Shown: positions 1 to 8,543, numbered from the stretch's first letter. The stretch: DNA of 53,351 nucleotides from Candidatus Liptonbacteria bacterium (GCA_016182105.1 JACOXZ010000001.1:1-53351), one strand, 5' to 3'. Numbers and translations: made by a program. The notes: generated from the sequence alone by a model not told the origin.

Positions 1-118
1 CTTCCGCTACCACTCGAGCTCCCAGCGTGAGCTCTCATTGGCGATGCTCCCTCGCTCGCCCTGCGGGCACCCTGCCCGCTCGGTCGCATAGCCGCGCGGA
101 AGGAATAGCCGCTTGGTT

Positions 119-190
119 TCATTTGAGCATCTTGAACATTTTCTCGAGCGGCCAGGCATTTATAATATCCTTCTTTGCCCGCCACAGTCG
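119..190 (-). pseudogene. Relic second C-terminus of a PolX/PHP gene
   Basis: Minus strand 190->119 reads RLWRAKKDIINAWPLEKMFKMLK*. This resembles the end of the adjacent PolX (RRGWAKRGDIINAWPAQKMMSFLK). No start codon or upstream body. Confidence 0.6.
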
Positions 191-198
191 CTTACGCT

Positions 199-258
199 CC
201 TTAGACACCCTCGGTTTCTAAACGCCCCGCCATTGGCGGGGCTATTTCCTACGCGGGA
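199..258. repeat. Degenerate palindromic element related to the element at 13103-13172
   Basis: Contains GCCCCGCCATTGGCGGGGCTA and caccctc, and resembles the reverse complement of 13103-13172. Confidence 0.45.
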
Positions 259-309
259 GAGCCCTCCCGCTCTCTCCCGACCCCACTTCGTGCGGCTTGG
301 GCCATCCTC

Positions 310-2049
310 TTAATGACGGCTCTTTAAAAAGCTCATCATTTTCTGCGCTGGCCAAGCATTAATTATATCTCCCCGCTTGGCCCAGCCGCGACGAGCCTGG
401 GCAATGCCGTACTCTAAAAACGGGAAATGCGAGACGGAATGGGCGTCTGAATCAATGGACATTTTGACACCGGAGATAACGCACTTCTTGATATGCTCGT
501 CCTTGAGGTCTAAGCGGTCCGGAAAAGCGTCGATCTCAAGAACCGTGCCTGTCTGCTTCGCTTCTTTAATTATTGCTTCCATATCCACCTCATAAGGCTC
601 GCGGCGGTTGATTAAACGGCCGGTCGGGTGAAAAAGAATATCAACATAAGGGTTTTTTATTGCCTTCAAGATCCTTTTGGTCTGCTCCTCACGAAACAAA
701 TTGAAATAAGAATGAACCGAAACGCCGACAACATCAAGCTTAGCTAAAATTTCATCCGGCAAGTCTAAAGAACCGTCTTTTAAAATATCACATTCCGTGC
801 CTTTGAGAATTTTTATCTTTGACCCCATCTTTTTTTGAATCCGATCAATATCAGCCCACTGACGCCTAATTTTCTTCTCATCCAAACCGCCGGTCATCGC
901 GAGACGCTTTGTATGGTCAGTAATCGCTATATATTTCAAGCCCTGGCTCAAGGCCGCCTTGGCCATCTCTTCAATCGAATCCGAGCCGTCAGTCCAATCA
1001 GTCTGTATTTGGAGATCGCCTTCAATGTCGCCGTAGTTAATAAGCGAGGGTAAGGCGTGCTTTTTAGAGAGTTCGATCTCGCCGGTATTCTCGCGCATTT
1101 CAGGTTCTATATAATCCATACCTAAAGCTTCGTAGAGTTCTACTTCTCCCCGACCAGCCACCATTTTTTTACCGCGGAAGAGGCCGTATTCGTTAAGCTT
1201 CAGTTCTTTTTTGAGAGCTTCTTCGCGAAGGGCTATATTGTGATCTTTTGAGCCGGTAAAGTAATTCAAGGCTGCGCCGTATGACCGAGCTTCAACCACC
1301 CGAAGGTCAATATCAAGGCCGGATTTAATCTTTACAGCTGACTTGGTTTCGCCATGAGCGTAAACCCGTACCACCTCGGGCATTCCGACAAAATAATCCA
1401 TAATGGGCTTAGGGTTTTTCGAGATAACCAGAATATCCGCATCGCCAATAGTTTCTTTCCAACGCCTCACTGACCCAGCCACAGTTAACCGTTCCACTTC
1501 TTTTAAATTTTTTAATCGCTCCTCGATTTTTCGTATCTCGGGCAGTGCGAGTCCTAAAAGAAACCGGCTGCCAGACTTTTTTACAAATTCAATGCCTTTC
1601 AAAATATTTTCCTCGGTTTTTTGGCCGAAACCCTCGATATTCCTAACCTTCCCGGCCTTCGCAGATTTTTCTAAGTCCGCAAGAGTTTTTACGCCGAGCT
1701 TTTTATAAAGATTCAAGGCCATCTTGGGGCCAATACCCTCAACCTCGGTTATCTCATTGATCTTTACTGGGTATTTTTTTCGGAGACGCTCGAGGTCATT
1801 CACTTTACCGGTTTTAAAAAGCTCTTCGATTCTCTCGGCAATGCCCCTACCAACTCCTGGCAAATCTTCAAGGGCCTTGCGCCCGCCTTTTTTATAGATC
1901 TCCGCGAGCTCCTCTTCCATCCCCTCAAGGCCAAGAGCGGCTTTTTCATAAGCCCTCGGCTTAAACGCCACACCTTCAGCCGCGAGATATGCTGAAAATT
2001 CTTTTAGGGCCTTCACAATTTCCGCGTTTTTGATAGGTTTTATGACCAT
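310..2049 (-). CDS. polX: DNA polymerase/3'-5' exonuclease PolX (PolX core + PHP domain)
   Basis: HhH motifs (LPGVG, VEGIGPK), GSVRR..GDADIL nucleotidyltransferase motif, YFTGSKDHN, and PHP motifs TDH, HPTGR, DSDAH. Start set at ATG 2049 because an extended -10 (TGtTATAAT) lies at 2080-2072. The ORF track extends it to 2118. Confidence 0.95.
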   Translation of the reverse strand: MVIKPIKNAEIVKALKEFSAYLAAEGVAFKPRAYEKAALGLEGMEEELAEIYKKGGRKALEDLPGVGRGIAERIEELFKTGKVNDLERLRKKYPVKINEITEVEGIGPKMALNLYKKLGVKTLADLEKSAKAGKVRNIEGFGQKTEENILKGIEFVKKSGSRFLLGLALPEIRKIEERLKNLKEVERLTVAGSVRRWKETIGDADILVISKNPKPIMDYFVGMPEVVRVYAHGETKSAVKIKSGLDIDLRVVEARSYGAALNYFTGSKDHNIALREEALKKELKLNEYGLFRGKKMVAGRGEVELYEALGMDYIEPEMRENTGEIELSKKHALPSLINYGDIEGDLQIQTDWTDGSDSIEEMAKAALSQGLKYIAITDHTKRLAMTGGLDEKKIRRQWADIDRIQKKMGSKIKILKGTECDILKDGSLDLPDEILAKLDVVGVSVHSYFNLFREEQTKRILKAIKNPYVDILFHPTGRLINRREPYEVDMEAIIKEAKQTGTVLEIDAFPDRLDLKDEHIKKCVISGVKMSIDSDAHSVSHFPFLEYGIAQARRGWAKRGDIINAWPAQKMMSFLKSRH

Positions 2050-2149
2050 AACTTCTTCTTGTTCTTCTTGGATTATAACAATTTCCTTTGTAAATTGGGG
2101 TTTTGTTGAACTATCCACGGCTCATCCCCAAATAATCCAGTTTTTGGTG

Positions 2150-2178
2150 TTGACGCCGTTTTTACTATGCTTTATCTT
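2150..2178 (+). promoter_or_regulatory. Sigma70-type promoter for the candidate large ncRNA
   Basis: TTGACG (2150-2155), 17 nt spacer, TATCTT (2173-2178). Confidence 0.65.
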
Positions 2179-2203
2179 AAAATCAGTCTTTTGAAATCGA
2201 CGT

Positions 2204-2718
2204 GAGTGGTGGAAGTGTTTGCTGGGTCCGTAAGAACTCATCAGAACCCTCTTGGGAAGTCATTCCCTACGTGAGGCGCGAAGCCTAAGATTATATCAAG
2301 GGTCTCTCGCTAGAGGGTATACCAGCTCGCCTACTTGGATTGGCTGCTTTAAATGGCAATTATCCTAATGACCCGTATGGTCATCTGGGTAATGCCGGTT
2401 CTCAGCTGGTGCCTAGTCTTTTTTTCAGACGGACACGGAAAGGCGAAAGCCAAGTACTGACTCTGACTGACAAGGGAGACGAAACGGCTAAGTAGCGGCT
2501 TCAAAACCGCGAAAAGCCAATGAATGGCCAGGGCAAAATGTGGGTACGGTAAAATAGCTACCGGGGACAGCTATTTAAGCCCAGATGGGAAATACCGAAG
2601 GGAATTTGTTGCCGCAACAAAAGCGGCCGCTAATTCTTTGAGTTGCCTGCCCCTTCAACAAGGACGGGCAACATAACTTCGTTATTTCTATAACGCCCAT
2701 GGCAAACACCTACTACTC
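2204..2718 (+). ncRNA. Candidate large ornate structured non-coding RNA, class unassigned
   Basis: No ORF >=60 aa. The 5' end (2204-2226) pairs with the 3' end (2696-2718), including G-U pairs that fix the + orientation. More than 10 internal helices, a GAAA tetraloop and AGUA/GAA loop-E motifs. Flanked by a promoter and a terminator. Confidence 0.8.
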
Positions 2719-2724
2719 TCATCT

Positions 2725-2763
2725 AGACCCTGAAAACGCGTGAGCGTTACGGGGTCTTTTTTT
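2725..2763 (+). terminator. Rho-independent terminator after the ncRNA
   Basis: AGACCCTG...CGGGGTCT stem followed by a T run. Confidence 0.75.
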
Positions 2764-2774
2764 ATCCTCAAAAT

Positions 2775-4055
2775 TTAAAAAAGCGTTTTTTGCTTCGGCA
2801 AATCTTCAAAAATCTTTATTTTTCCGTATTCGCCGTCGTAGCCAGGCTCGATCTTGATCCCACCCACTCTTACGCGGCGAATGCCTTCGGCGACAACATC
2901 ATCAAGAGCGCCTAAATCCTCGACTCGAGCGTCAAGTAGAACACCAAATTCCGAACCAAAGACCTGAATAAATTTTTCATAACTCTGAAGTACTGCTTTA
3001 GTGCCCACTTTCTGACCCCTGGCTTCGGCTATAATTTCCTCAAGCGGCACGAGGTTTTTAAAGGGCGTGTAAAAAGGCGGTTTATAGCCCGCTCCTCTAT
3101 CAGCTAGACTTGCCACTCGATTCATCACGCCGATTGTGACTGGCCGTCCGCAAGACCTACATATCCCTTTTTGGGCAGCTGTCTCTTCTGGCGAATAAAC
3201 CACTTGGTGCTGGCGGTGGCCATCATAATGATATTTCCCTTCCTCGGGAAAAAACTCGATTGTAAAAGCCAGCTTAAGCTTGGCTCCACTATCTCTTTTT
3301 TCGCTAAGCGCCTTGGGCGAAGCGTTTTTGATCGCTTGGAAAATAGCGCGGTAAGAAAGCTCATCCCCCTCAAAGGCGTTCGCTTCCCTCCCAAGCTTTG
3401 GGAGCGAATGCGAATCCGAATTCGAGATCAACGCCACCTTATCGAGCTGGGAAAGGCGCCAATTCATTCCCGGGTCAGACGAGAGACCGGTTTCAATGGC
3501 AAAAATTTTTGGCGTGAGTTCTTCAAAACATTCTTCGAGCGAATCAAAACCGGATTGCGAACCGAAGACCGAAAACCACGGCGTCCAAGCGTGGGCCGGA
3601 ATGACGTAAGCTTCTTCCGAAATAGTACTCACAATTTTTAGGAGCTCTTTGGAGTCGAGTCCTAAAATCGGACGGCCATCGCTTTTCAAGTTGCCTATCC
3701 AGCCAAGTTGTATGTTAATCTGACGCACAACTTCGAAAGACGGCGCAAAAACCAAATTATGAACCTTGCGCACCCGACCGCCCTTGGAATAAATGCTCGA
3801 GATCTCGGCAGTTAGCATAAACCTCGTGGCTTTGAGATTTTTCTCTTCGGAATTTAGCACAAAAAGACCGGCCTCGGAGGCCGGCATGAGTTTGCGCTCG
3901 AGCTCTAAAAACCACTGGGGATGAGTGAAGTCGCCGGTACCTAAAACCCTAATGCCTTTTTTTCTCGCAGAGAGGTTAAGCTCTTCCAAAACCATCCGGC
4001 TTGAGGTGGCTCTTGAGTACTTAGAGTGAAGCTGAAGGTCAGCGATAAAGCGCAT
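2775..4055 (-). CDS. PHP-domain phosphoesterase / endonuclease Q-like protein with Zn ribbon
   Basis: DLQLHSKYSRATS, GTGDFTHP, PAHAWTPW, ETGLSSD, SNSDSHS, GKYHYDGHR, CxxC and PGYDGEYG motifs. Confidence 0.85.
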   Translation of the reverse strand: MRFIADLQLHSKYSRATSSRMVLEELNLSARKKGIRVLGTGDFTHPQWFLELERKLMPASEAGLFVLNSEEKNLKATRFMLTAEISSIYSKGGRVRKVHNLVFAPSFEVVRQINIQLGWIGNLKSDGRPILGLDSKELLKIVSTISEEAYVIPAHAWTPWFSVFGSQSGFDSLEECFEELTPKIFAIETGLSSDPGMNWRLSQLDKVALISNSDSHSLPKLGREANAFEGDELSYRAIFQAIKNASPKALSEKRDSGAKLKLAFTIEFFPEEGKYHYDGHRQHQVVYSPEETAAQKGICRSCGRPVTIGVMNRVASLADRGAGYKPPFYTPFKNLVPLEEIIAEARGQKVGTKAVLQSYEKFIQVFGSEFGVLLDARVEDLGALDDVVAEGIRRVRVGGIKIEPGYDGEYGKIKIFEDLPKQKTLF

Positions 4056-4698
4056 CGGTTGGCTTTGTGCCTTGAACTAGGGGGTCAGTTATGGTTTTTC
4101 TCGGCAAAACCAGTTCTGGAGCGAGGAGCAAGATAAAAGCTGAGGCCAAGGTGAGAATCGCGGCCGCAATAAAAACCGGCTGGAAACCAAAAAATTTGGC
4201 GGCTATCCCGCCTAAAAAACCGCTCACTCCCGCCGCGAGTCCGGCAACGGTCGAGTCAAGAGACCAGTCAAAGGAAACCCTTTCTTTATCTAAATGCCTT
4301 GAAAAAAGAGAGGACCACGAAGGAACGTAGAGGGCAAAACCAATGGCTTGGATAATTTGAACGAGATATAGCTGCCACACTCTATTTATAAGACCGAAAG
4401 AAAAAGCAGCGAGCGAAGCAGTAAAGAGGCCGATGATCAAGGCGTAGAAATCATCTTTTTCGCCGGGTTTTTTATCTAAAAAATTCGCTATCGGCAGCTG
4501 GAGAAGCGACTTCAAAATCCAGTAAATAGAAGCTGCGGCGCCTACCGTAACCAAGGTTGCGCCCTGAACTTTTTCGATCACAAAAATCGAAAATATCGGA
4601 CCGATGAGCCCCCAGCCAGTTAAAAGTGCGAGATCGGCAAAGATCAAATACTTAATCCAGCGGTTGATTTTGAGATTAACGGTGATTTTTATTTTCAT
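4039..4698 (-). CDS. MFS-type transporter, single ~6-TM half
   Basis: About six hydrophobic segments with an MFS-like loop (ANFLDKK) after TM2. 219 aa. Confidence 0.75.
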   Translation of the reverse strand: MKIKITVNLKINRWIKYLIFADLALLTGWGLIGPIFSIFVIEKVQGATLVTVGAAASIYWILKSLLQLPIANFLDKKPGEKDDFYALIIGLFTASLAAFSFGLINRVWQLYLVQIIQAIGFALYVPSWSSLFSRHLDKERVSFDWSLDSTVAGLAAGVSGFLGGIAAKFFGFQPVFIAAAILTLASAFILLLAPELVLPRKTITDPLVQGTKPTDALYR

Positions 4699-4759
4699 GC
4701 CAATTTTGCCTAACCGAGCACATAATATTTTAGTTTATGTGCTCGGTCAACCAAGCCCT

Positions 4760-7288
4760 TCATACCTCGGTTTGGAACTCGAGCTCCTCTCCACGGACCA
4801 CTACCTTAACCCGGCTCCCCCGAACAAATTCTTTCTTCAAGATCCCCTGAGCCAGTGGGTTTTTAACTTTGTCTTCTATAACCCGGCGAAGCGGCCTGGC
4901 GCCCGAAGCCGGATCATAGCCCCACTTGGCAACGAGTTTCACGACTTCGGAGTCAAAGGTAAGAGTGATGCCTTGCGAGGAAACAGTCTCGGCTAAATCT
5001 TTGAGGTTTAAAGCGGCGATTTTTTGAACATCAGGCGCGGATAAATCTTTAAAGATGATGATTTTCGAAAACCGGTTCAGGAGTTCAGGACGAAAAACAT
5101 CAGTGAGTTTGCGCTTCAAGTACTCCGCGATCTGGGTCATTGTCTGTCCCTGCTTTAAAGATTCGTTGATTATGTCTGAGTGGGCGTTTGAGGTGGCAAT
5201 CAAGATCGTGTTTTGAAAATCCACTACCCGGCCCAAGTTATCCGTGAGCCGGCCATCGTCAAAAACCTGAAGAAAGAGATTTAAAATGTCAGGATATGCT
5301 TTTTCAAACTCGTCAAGAAGAATAAGGCTATAGGGCTTTTGAAGCACGGCTTCAGTGAGGCTGCCCGTGATCTTGCCGTCTGGCGAGCCGATGAAGCGAT
5401 AAAAACTTTGCTTATCTTGATATTCGGTCATATCAAAACGGACCATTAAGTCTTTTGAACCGAACTGGATCCCGGCCAAGATCTTCGCTAATTCGGTCTT
5501 CCCGACCCCGGTTGGCCCCACAAAAAGAAAAGAAGCAATAGGGCCGCCGGGACGCGAAAGGCCGCTGCGGTACGCCCGCAAAGCATCGCTTACAGCCTTC
5601 ACAGGCTCATCCTGATCAATTAAACGTTCGTGGATAATAGCCTCGAGATTCAAAAGCTCTTTGGCTTCTGATTCTTTGGCTTCATGAATCGGGATATTAA
5701 CCTTTGCCTCGGCTGCTCTAATCACCGCGTCCGGCCCCAAGAACTTCTCGTCCCTACGGCTCGCCTCCACGACCGCGCTCTTCAAGAGCTCTTCAGCGCT
5801 TGCAGGTAAAAATTTATTCCTGAAGTATTTTTTGGCGAGCTTCACCGACTTTTTCACGGCGCCGAAACTAATCACCATTTTTGAATTCTTCTCTAAAATC
5901 AAGCTCTCATAGACCAGGAGTTTCTCGGCCTCCTCTTCGGTGATTTCCTCAACGCGAATGATTTCAAAAATTCCCACGAAATCGCTCCGCGGCTCCAAAT
6001 ATTCCTTGAATTCCCTGGGGTAGGTCGAGCCAATAAAAGGAAAAGAATTATTCATAATAATCGGCATTAAGGCGTCGGCCGCGGAAAGATAGGCTGTACC
6101 CGAGGTCTTCACTAAATTATGGATATCGGGGATGTAGAGGATGATATTGCCGGCAATATTTATCTCTTCCACAAGGGCTTGGAGACGGCTGTGGAGCTCG
6201 TGAGCGGCGGCGCCTGCGACAATGGTCGAAAGTTCCAAGGCCACCAATCGTCTGTCAAAAAGAGGTTTGGGTACGGCGTCTTTTATAATCTGGAAGGCCA
6301 AGCGAGCCACGAGCGTCTCCTTGCCGATCCCGGCTTCGCCAATTAAGAGGGCGTTCGGGTTCACTGGACGAGAAAGAGTGTCAACTAGACGCTCGTATTC
6401 TGTTTCATGGCCAACAAGAAAACCGATCGCTTGGCGCCTGGCTAAATCCGTAAAGTCCCGGCTAAAGCGATCAAGAATGGGCGTGGGTCTCGAAGTCCAG
6501 GCTCGGTTCATTATGCGGTGCCTAAGCTCCCTTTCTCTCTCAAACATAAAGCCGCCCAAGGAAGCGGGAAGACGCTTGAAGTGGGAAAATTGCCGTTTGG
6601 CGGTTGTAAAAATCAAGGCTTTGCCCAGGTCGCCGGAGACAATCCCGAAAATATTAAAAAGCCGCAGAACAAACTCGTCCTTCATAAGCGGCAGGACCGA
6701 AAATAGATCAGTTGGCCCGATAAAACGATGGCCATTGCTTAGGGCGTGTTCAAAAGCTGAAGTTATAAGGGTTTGGGCGGCTAAGAGAAGCGCTTCTTTT
6801 CTGATAAGTCCCCCTGGCTTCCGGCTCTTAGGCAAAAACTCTTCTAATTTTTGTTTGAACTCTTCGGGGTTCACGTCAAGACGTACTAGACCCTCTTTAA
6901 TGTCCGGCGACCTCGAAAGCTGCATCCCTAGTTCCAAGAAAAAACTCTGCTCCGTTAGACTGCTTCGATCAAAAGCTTTCTCGAGGCTCGAAAAAGCGCG
7001 AGGCGTAATGAAGCGCGCCGTGTTTACCTTCCCGCCTTTGGGGAGTTCGTTAAACGGCCTGTCAGCTTCGCGAAAATGGATAAAACGATCTATGAGAAAT
7101 AAAACCAGGAAAACTCCTAAGGCGCGAATCGGCCGAAGATCTGACACTAAAGAGGTGAGGGCTAAAGCCACCAAAACCAAATGACTAACGTAGCTTAAAA
7201 CTCTGACCAAAATACGGCCAAAAAAGGTCATCTTTAGCCGCGGTTCGACAAACGAAAGCTCGTACACTCTAGAAACCTCGGAGGGCAT
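4760..7288 (-). CDS. ClpA/B/C-family AAA+ ATPase with N-terminal transmembrane segments
   Basis: Two AAA modules (GEAGIGKE; GPTGVGKT...LLDEFEKA...FRPELLNR, GARPLRR) and two hydrophobic N-terminal helices. Confidence 0.9.
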   Translation of the reverse strand: MPSEVSRVYELSFVEPRLKMTFFGRILVRVLSYVSHLVLVALALTSLVSDLRPIRALGVFLVLFLIDRFIHFREADRPFNELPKGGKVNTARFITPRAFSSLEKAFDRSSLTEQSFFLELGMQLSRSPDIKEGLVRLDVNPEEFKQKLEEFLPKSRKPGGLIRKEALLLAAQTLITSAFEHALSNGHRFIGPTDLFSVLPLMKDEFVLRLFNIFGIVSGDLGKALIFTTAKRQFSHFKRLPASLGGFMFERERELRHRIMNRAWTSRPTPILDRFSRDFTDLARRQAIGFLVGHETEYERLVDTLSRPVNPNALLIGEAGIGKETLVARLAFQIIKDAVPKPLFDRRLVALELSTIVAGAAAHELHSRLQALVEEINIAGNIILYIPDIHNLVKTSGTAYLSAADALMPIIMNNSFPFIGSTYPREFKEYLEPRSDFVGIFEIIRVEEITEEEAEKLLVYESLILEKNSKMVISFGAVKKSVKLAKKYFRNKFLPASAEELLKSAVVEASRRDEKFLGPDAVIRAAEAKVNIPIHEAKESEAKELLNLEAIIHERLIDQDEPVKAVSDALRAYRSGLSRPGGPIASFLFVGPTGVGKTELAKILAGIQFGSKDLMVRFDMTEYQDKQSFYRFIGSPDGKITGSLTEAVLQKPYSLILLDEFEKAYPDILNLFLQVFDDGRLTDNLGRVVDFQNTILIATSNAHSDIINESLKQGQTMTQIAEYLKRKLTDVFRPELLNRFSKIIIFKDLSAPDVQKIAALNLKDLAETVSSQGITLTFDSEVVKLVAKWGYDPASGARPLRRVIEDKVKNPLAQGILKKEFVRGSRVKVVVRGEELEFQTEV

Positions 7289-7616
7289 AGATTAAAATTG
7301 TGGGCGGCAGAACGATCCAGAGTAAATAAAAACCTATAAAAATGAGCCCGAAAAAGCTGTAGACTATTAGGCTAAGGAAAATCCGGCCGGAGCGAAAAAT
7401 AACTCCCAAGATTCTCCCCACAATCGTGTAGTCTTTATAAAGCGGATGAAAAAAATACTTAAGCGTTATGCGAAGGGCAAAAGTCTGGTCCAGTCGTTCA
7501 TAGAAAATTATAACCCAGTGATTAAAAACCCTCACTGCGTCGTGATACCAGTGGTGAAAAAAATCAAAAATCCGATAAAAAAACCGCTGAATGAGATAGG
7601 TTAAGGCAAAGTTCAT
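7269..7616 (-). CDS. Small membrane protein coupled to the Clp ATPase gene
   Basis: 115 aa, aromatic and hydrophobic C-terminal helices, overlaps the Clp start. Confidence 0.75.
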   Translation of the reverse strand: MNFALTYLIQRFFYRIFDFFHHWYHDAVRVFNHWVIIFYERLDQTFALRITLKYFFHPLYKDYTIVGRILGVIFRSGRIFLSLIVYSFFGLIFIGFYLLWIVLPPTILIYALRGF

Positions 7617-7747
7617 CCCTCACTCTTCAGAGATCATGCATCTTTTTTCAAAGCATGATCTTACCTCACGAGCGACCTTGAAAAGAAACATTTTGTCTAT
7701 AGTACTCATTTTGATGACGCAGAGAAAATCTCTGAAGAGTGAGGGAT
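7615..7747. mobile_element. MITE-like element with 20-bp terminal inverted repeats at a start codon
   Basis: ATCCCTCACTCTTCAGAGAT (7615-7634) and its perfect reverse complement (7728-7747). Flanks are TCAT and TTAT. Confidence 0.75.
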
Positions 7748-7771
7748 TATACTACCATTATATCAGATAAC

Positions 7772-7806
7772 AAAAACCCGCTCCGCCATATCAGCAAAAC
7801 GGGTTT
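7772..7806 (-). terminator. Probable terminator of the 7810-8475 gene
   Basis: AAACCCG/CGGGTTT stem with an A run on the + strand just past the stop codon. Confidence 0.45.
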
Positions 7807-7809
7807 CGG

Positions 7810-8475
7810 CTACGTCTCTGGATTAACAGTCTTTTCGCTCTTCGTAACGGCAATGAGCATGAGAGTGTCGCCTTCCTTCACTCTGGCCCAATCAACCCCT
7901 TGTGGGATGTCAAGGTGACCAATCGTTTTCGCTAAAACCCACTCATAAGAAGGGAATCTCTTTCCTCTTTCTTTGTACACGATAAACCCTAGTCGGTCAT
8001 TAGCAACCACGAGATCGCCTGAACGAAGAGAGCGTTTTTTCTTTCCCGTTTCATCGCGGGTCTTACCGAGAAAAAACTTGCCGCTTCTTCGAGCGACAAT
8101 TGGTTCGAGCACGCACTCGGTCAATTGGTTGCCGATTAAAAGACTTAGTGATGCGCGCGACACTCTGAATTTGTAAACGCTCCACGGATACTTCATAAAG
8201 AAGAATGTCTCGTCTAGAGCGCCGCTTCCCAACTCAGAGACGACGACGTCCTGTTTTTGACTCGGGGTTTTCGGTTCTTTTTCTGATGGCGTTGTTTCCA
8301 ACTGCGATTCCTTCTTGTGCCAAACCCCGCCCATATAGCGCTCTCTGCCCATTTTTATGCGAATTGAGCTGAAAAGCGATTCGATCTCAACGCTCTCGAT
8401 CGTGGGATGTCTTGCTTGAAACCAACCGATCCAATCAATCAGTTGCTCCATTTTCTTACTGCCGAATAATGACAC
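7810..8475 (-). CDS. Hypothetical protein; C-terminus resembles a biotinyl/lipoyl (AccB-like) domain without the MK motif
   Basis: Strong SD AGGAGGTGA (8490-8482) before GTG. The pattern IVARRSGKFF...LRSGDLV..NDRLGFI...IGHL...VKEGDTLMLI parallels BCCP. Confidence 0.65.
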   Translation of the reverse strand: MSLFGSKKMEQLIDWIGWFQARHPTIESVEIESLFSSIRIKMGRERYMGGVWHKKESQLETTPSEKEPKTPSQKQDVVVSELGSGALDETFFFMKYPWSVYKFRVSRASLSLLIGNQLTECVLEPIVARRSGKFFLGKTRDETGKKKRSLRSGDLVVANDRLGFIVYKERGKRFPSYEWVLAKTIGHLDIPQGVDWARVKEGDTLMLIAVTKSEKTVNPET

Positions 8476-8543
8476 AATAATTCACCTCCTTTTTAAAAAA
8501 CTTCCCCCATCATACGGCGGGTGTGCGTGTTTGTAAAGAAAAC

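Noticed and set aside
1-102. GC-rich hairpin cluster (CTTCCGC..GCGGAAG, GCGGGCA/TGCCCGC) as a tRNA or ncRNA
   Set aside because: No cloverleaf or T-loop, and it is truncated by the window edge. Probably a REP-like repeat, but it cannot be delimited.
2204-2718. Assigning the structured RNA as RNase P RNA, tmRNA, 6S, SRP or a group I/II intron
   Set aside because: No GAGGAAAGUC core on either strand, no tRNA-like ends or CCA, no domain V, no interrupted host gene, and the wrong length for 6S or SRP.
6222-7184. 320-aa + strand ORF
   Set aside because: It lies entirely antisense to the Clp ATPase and has no motifs, so it is a shadow ORF. The same applies to the other short antisense or alternate-frame ORFs in the track.
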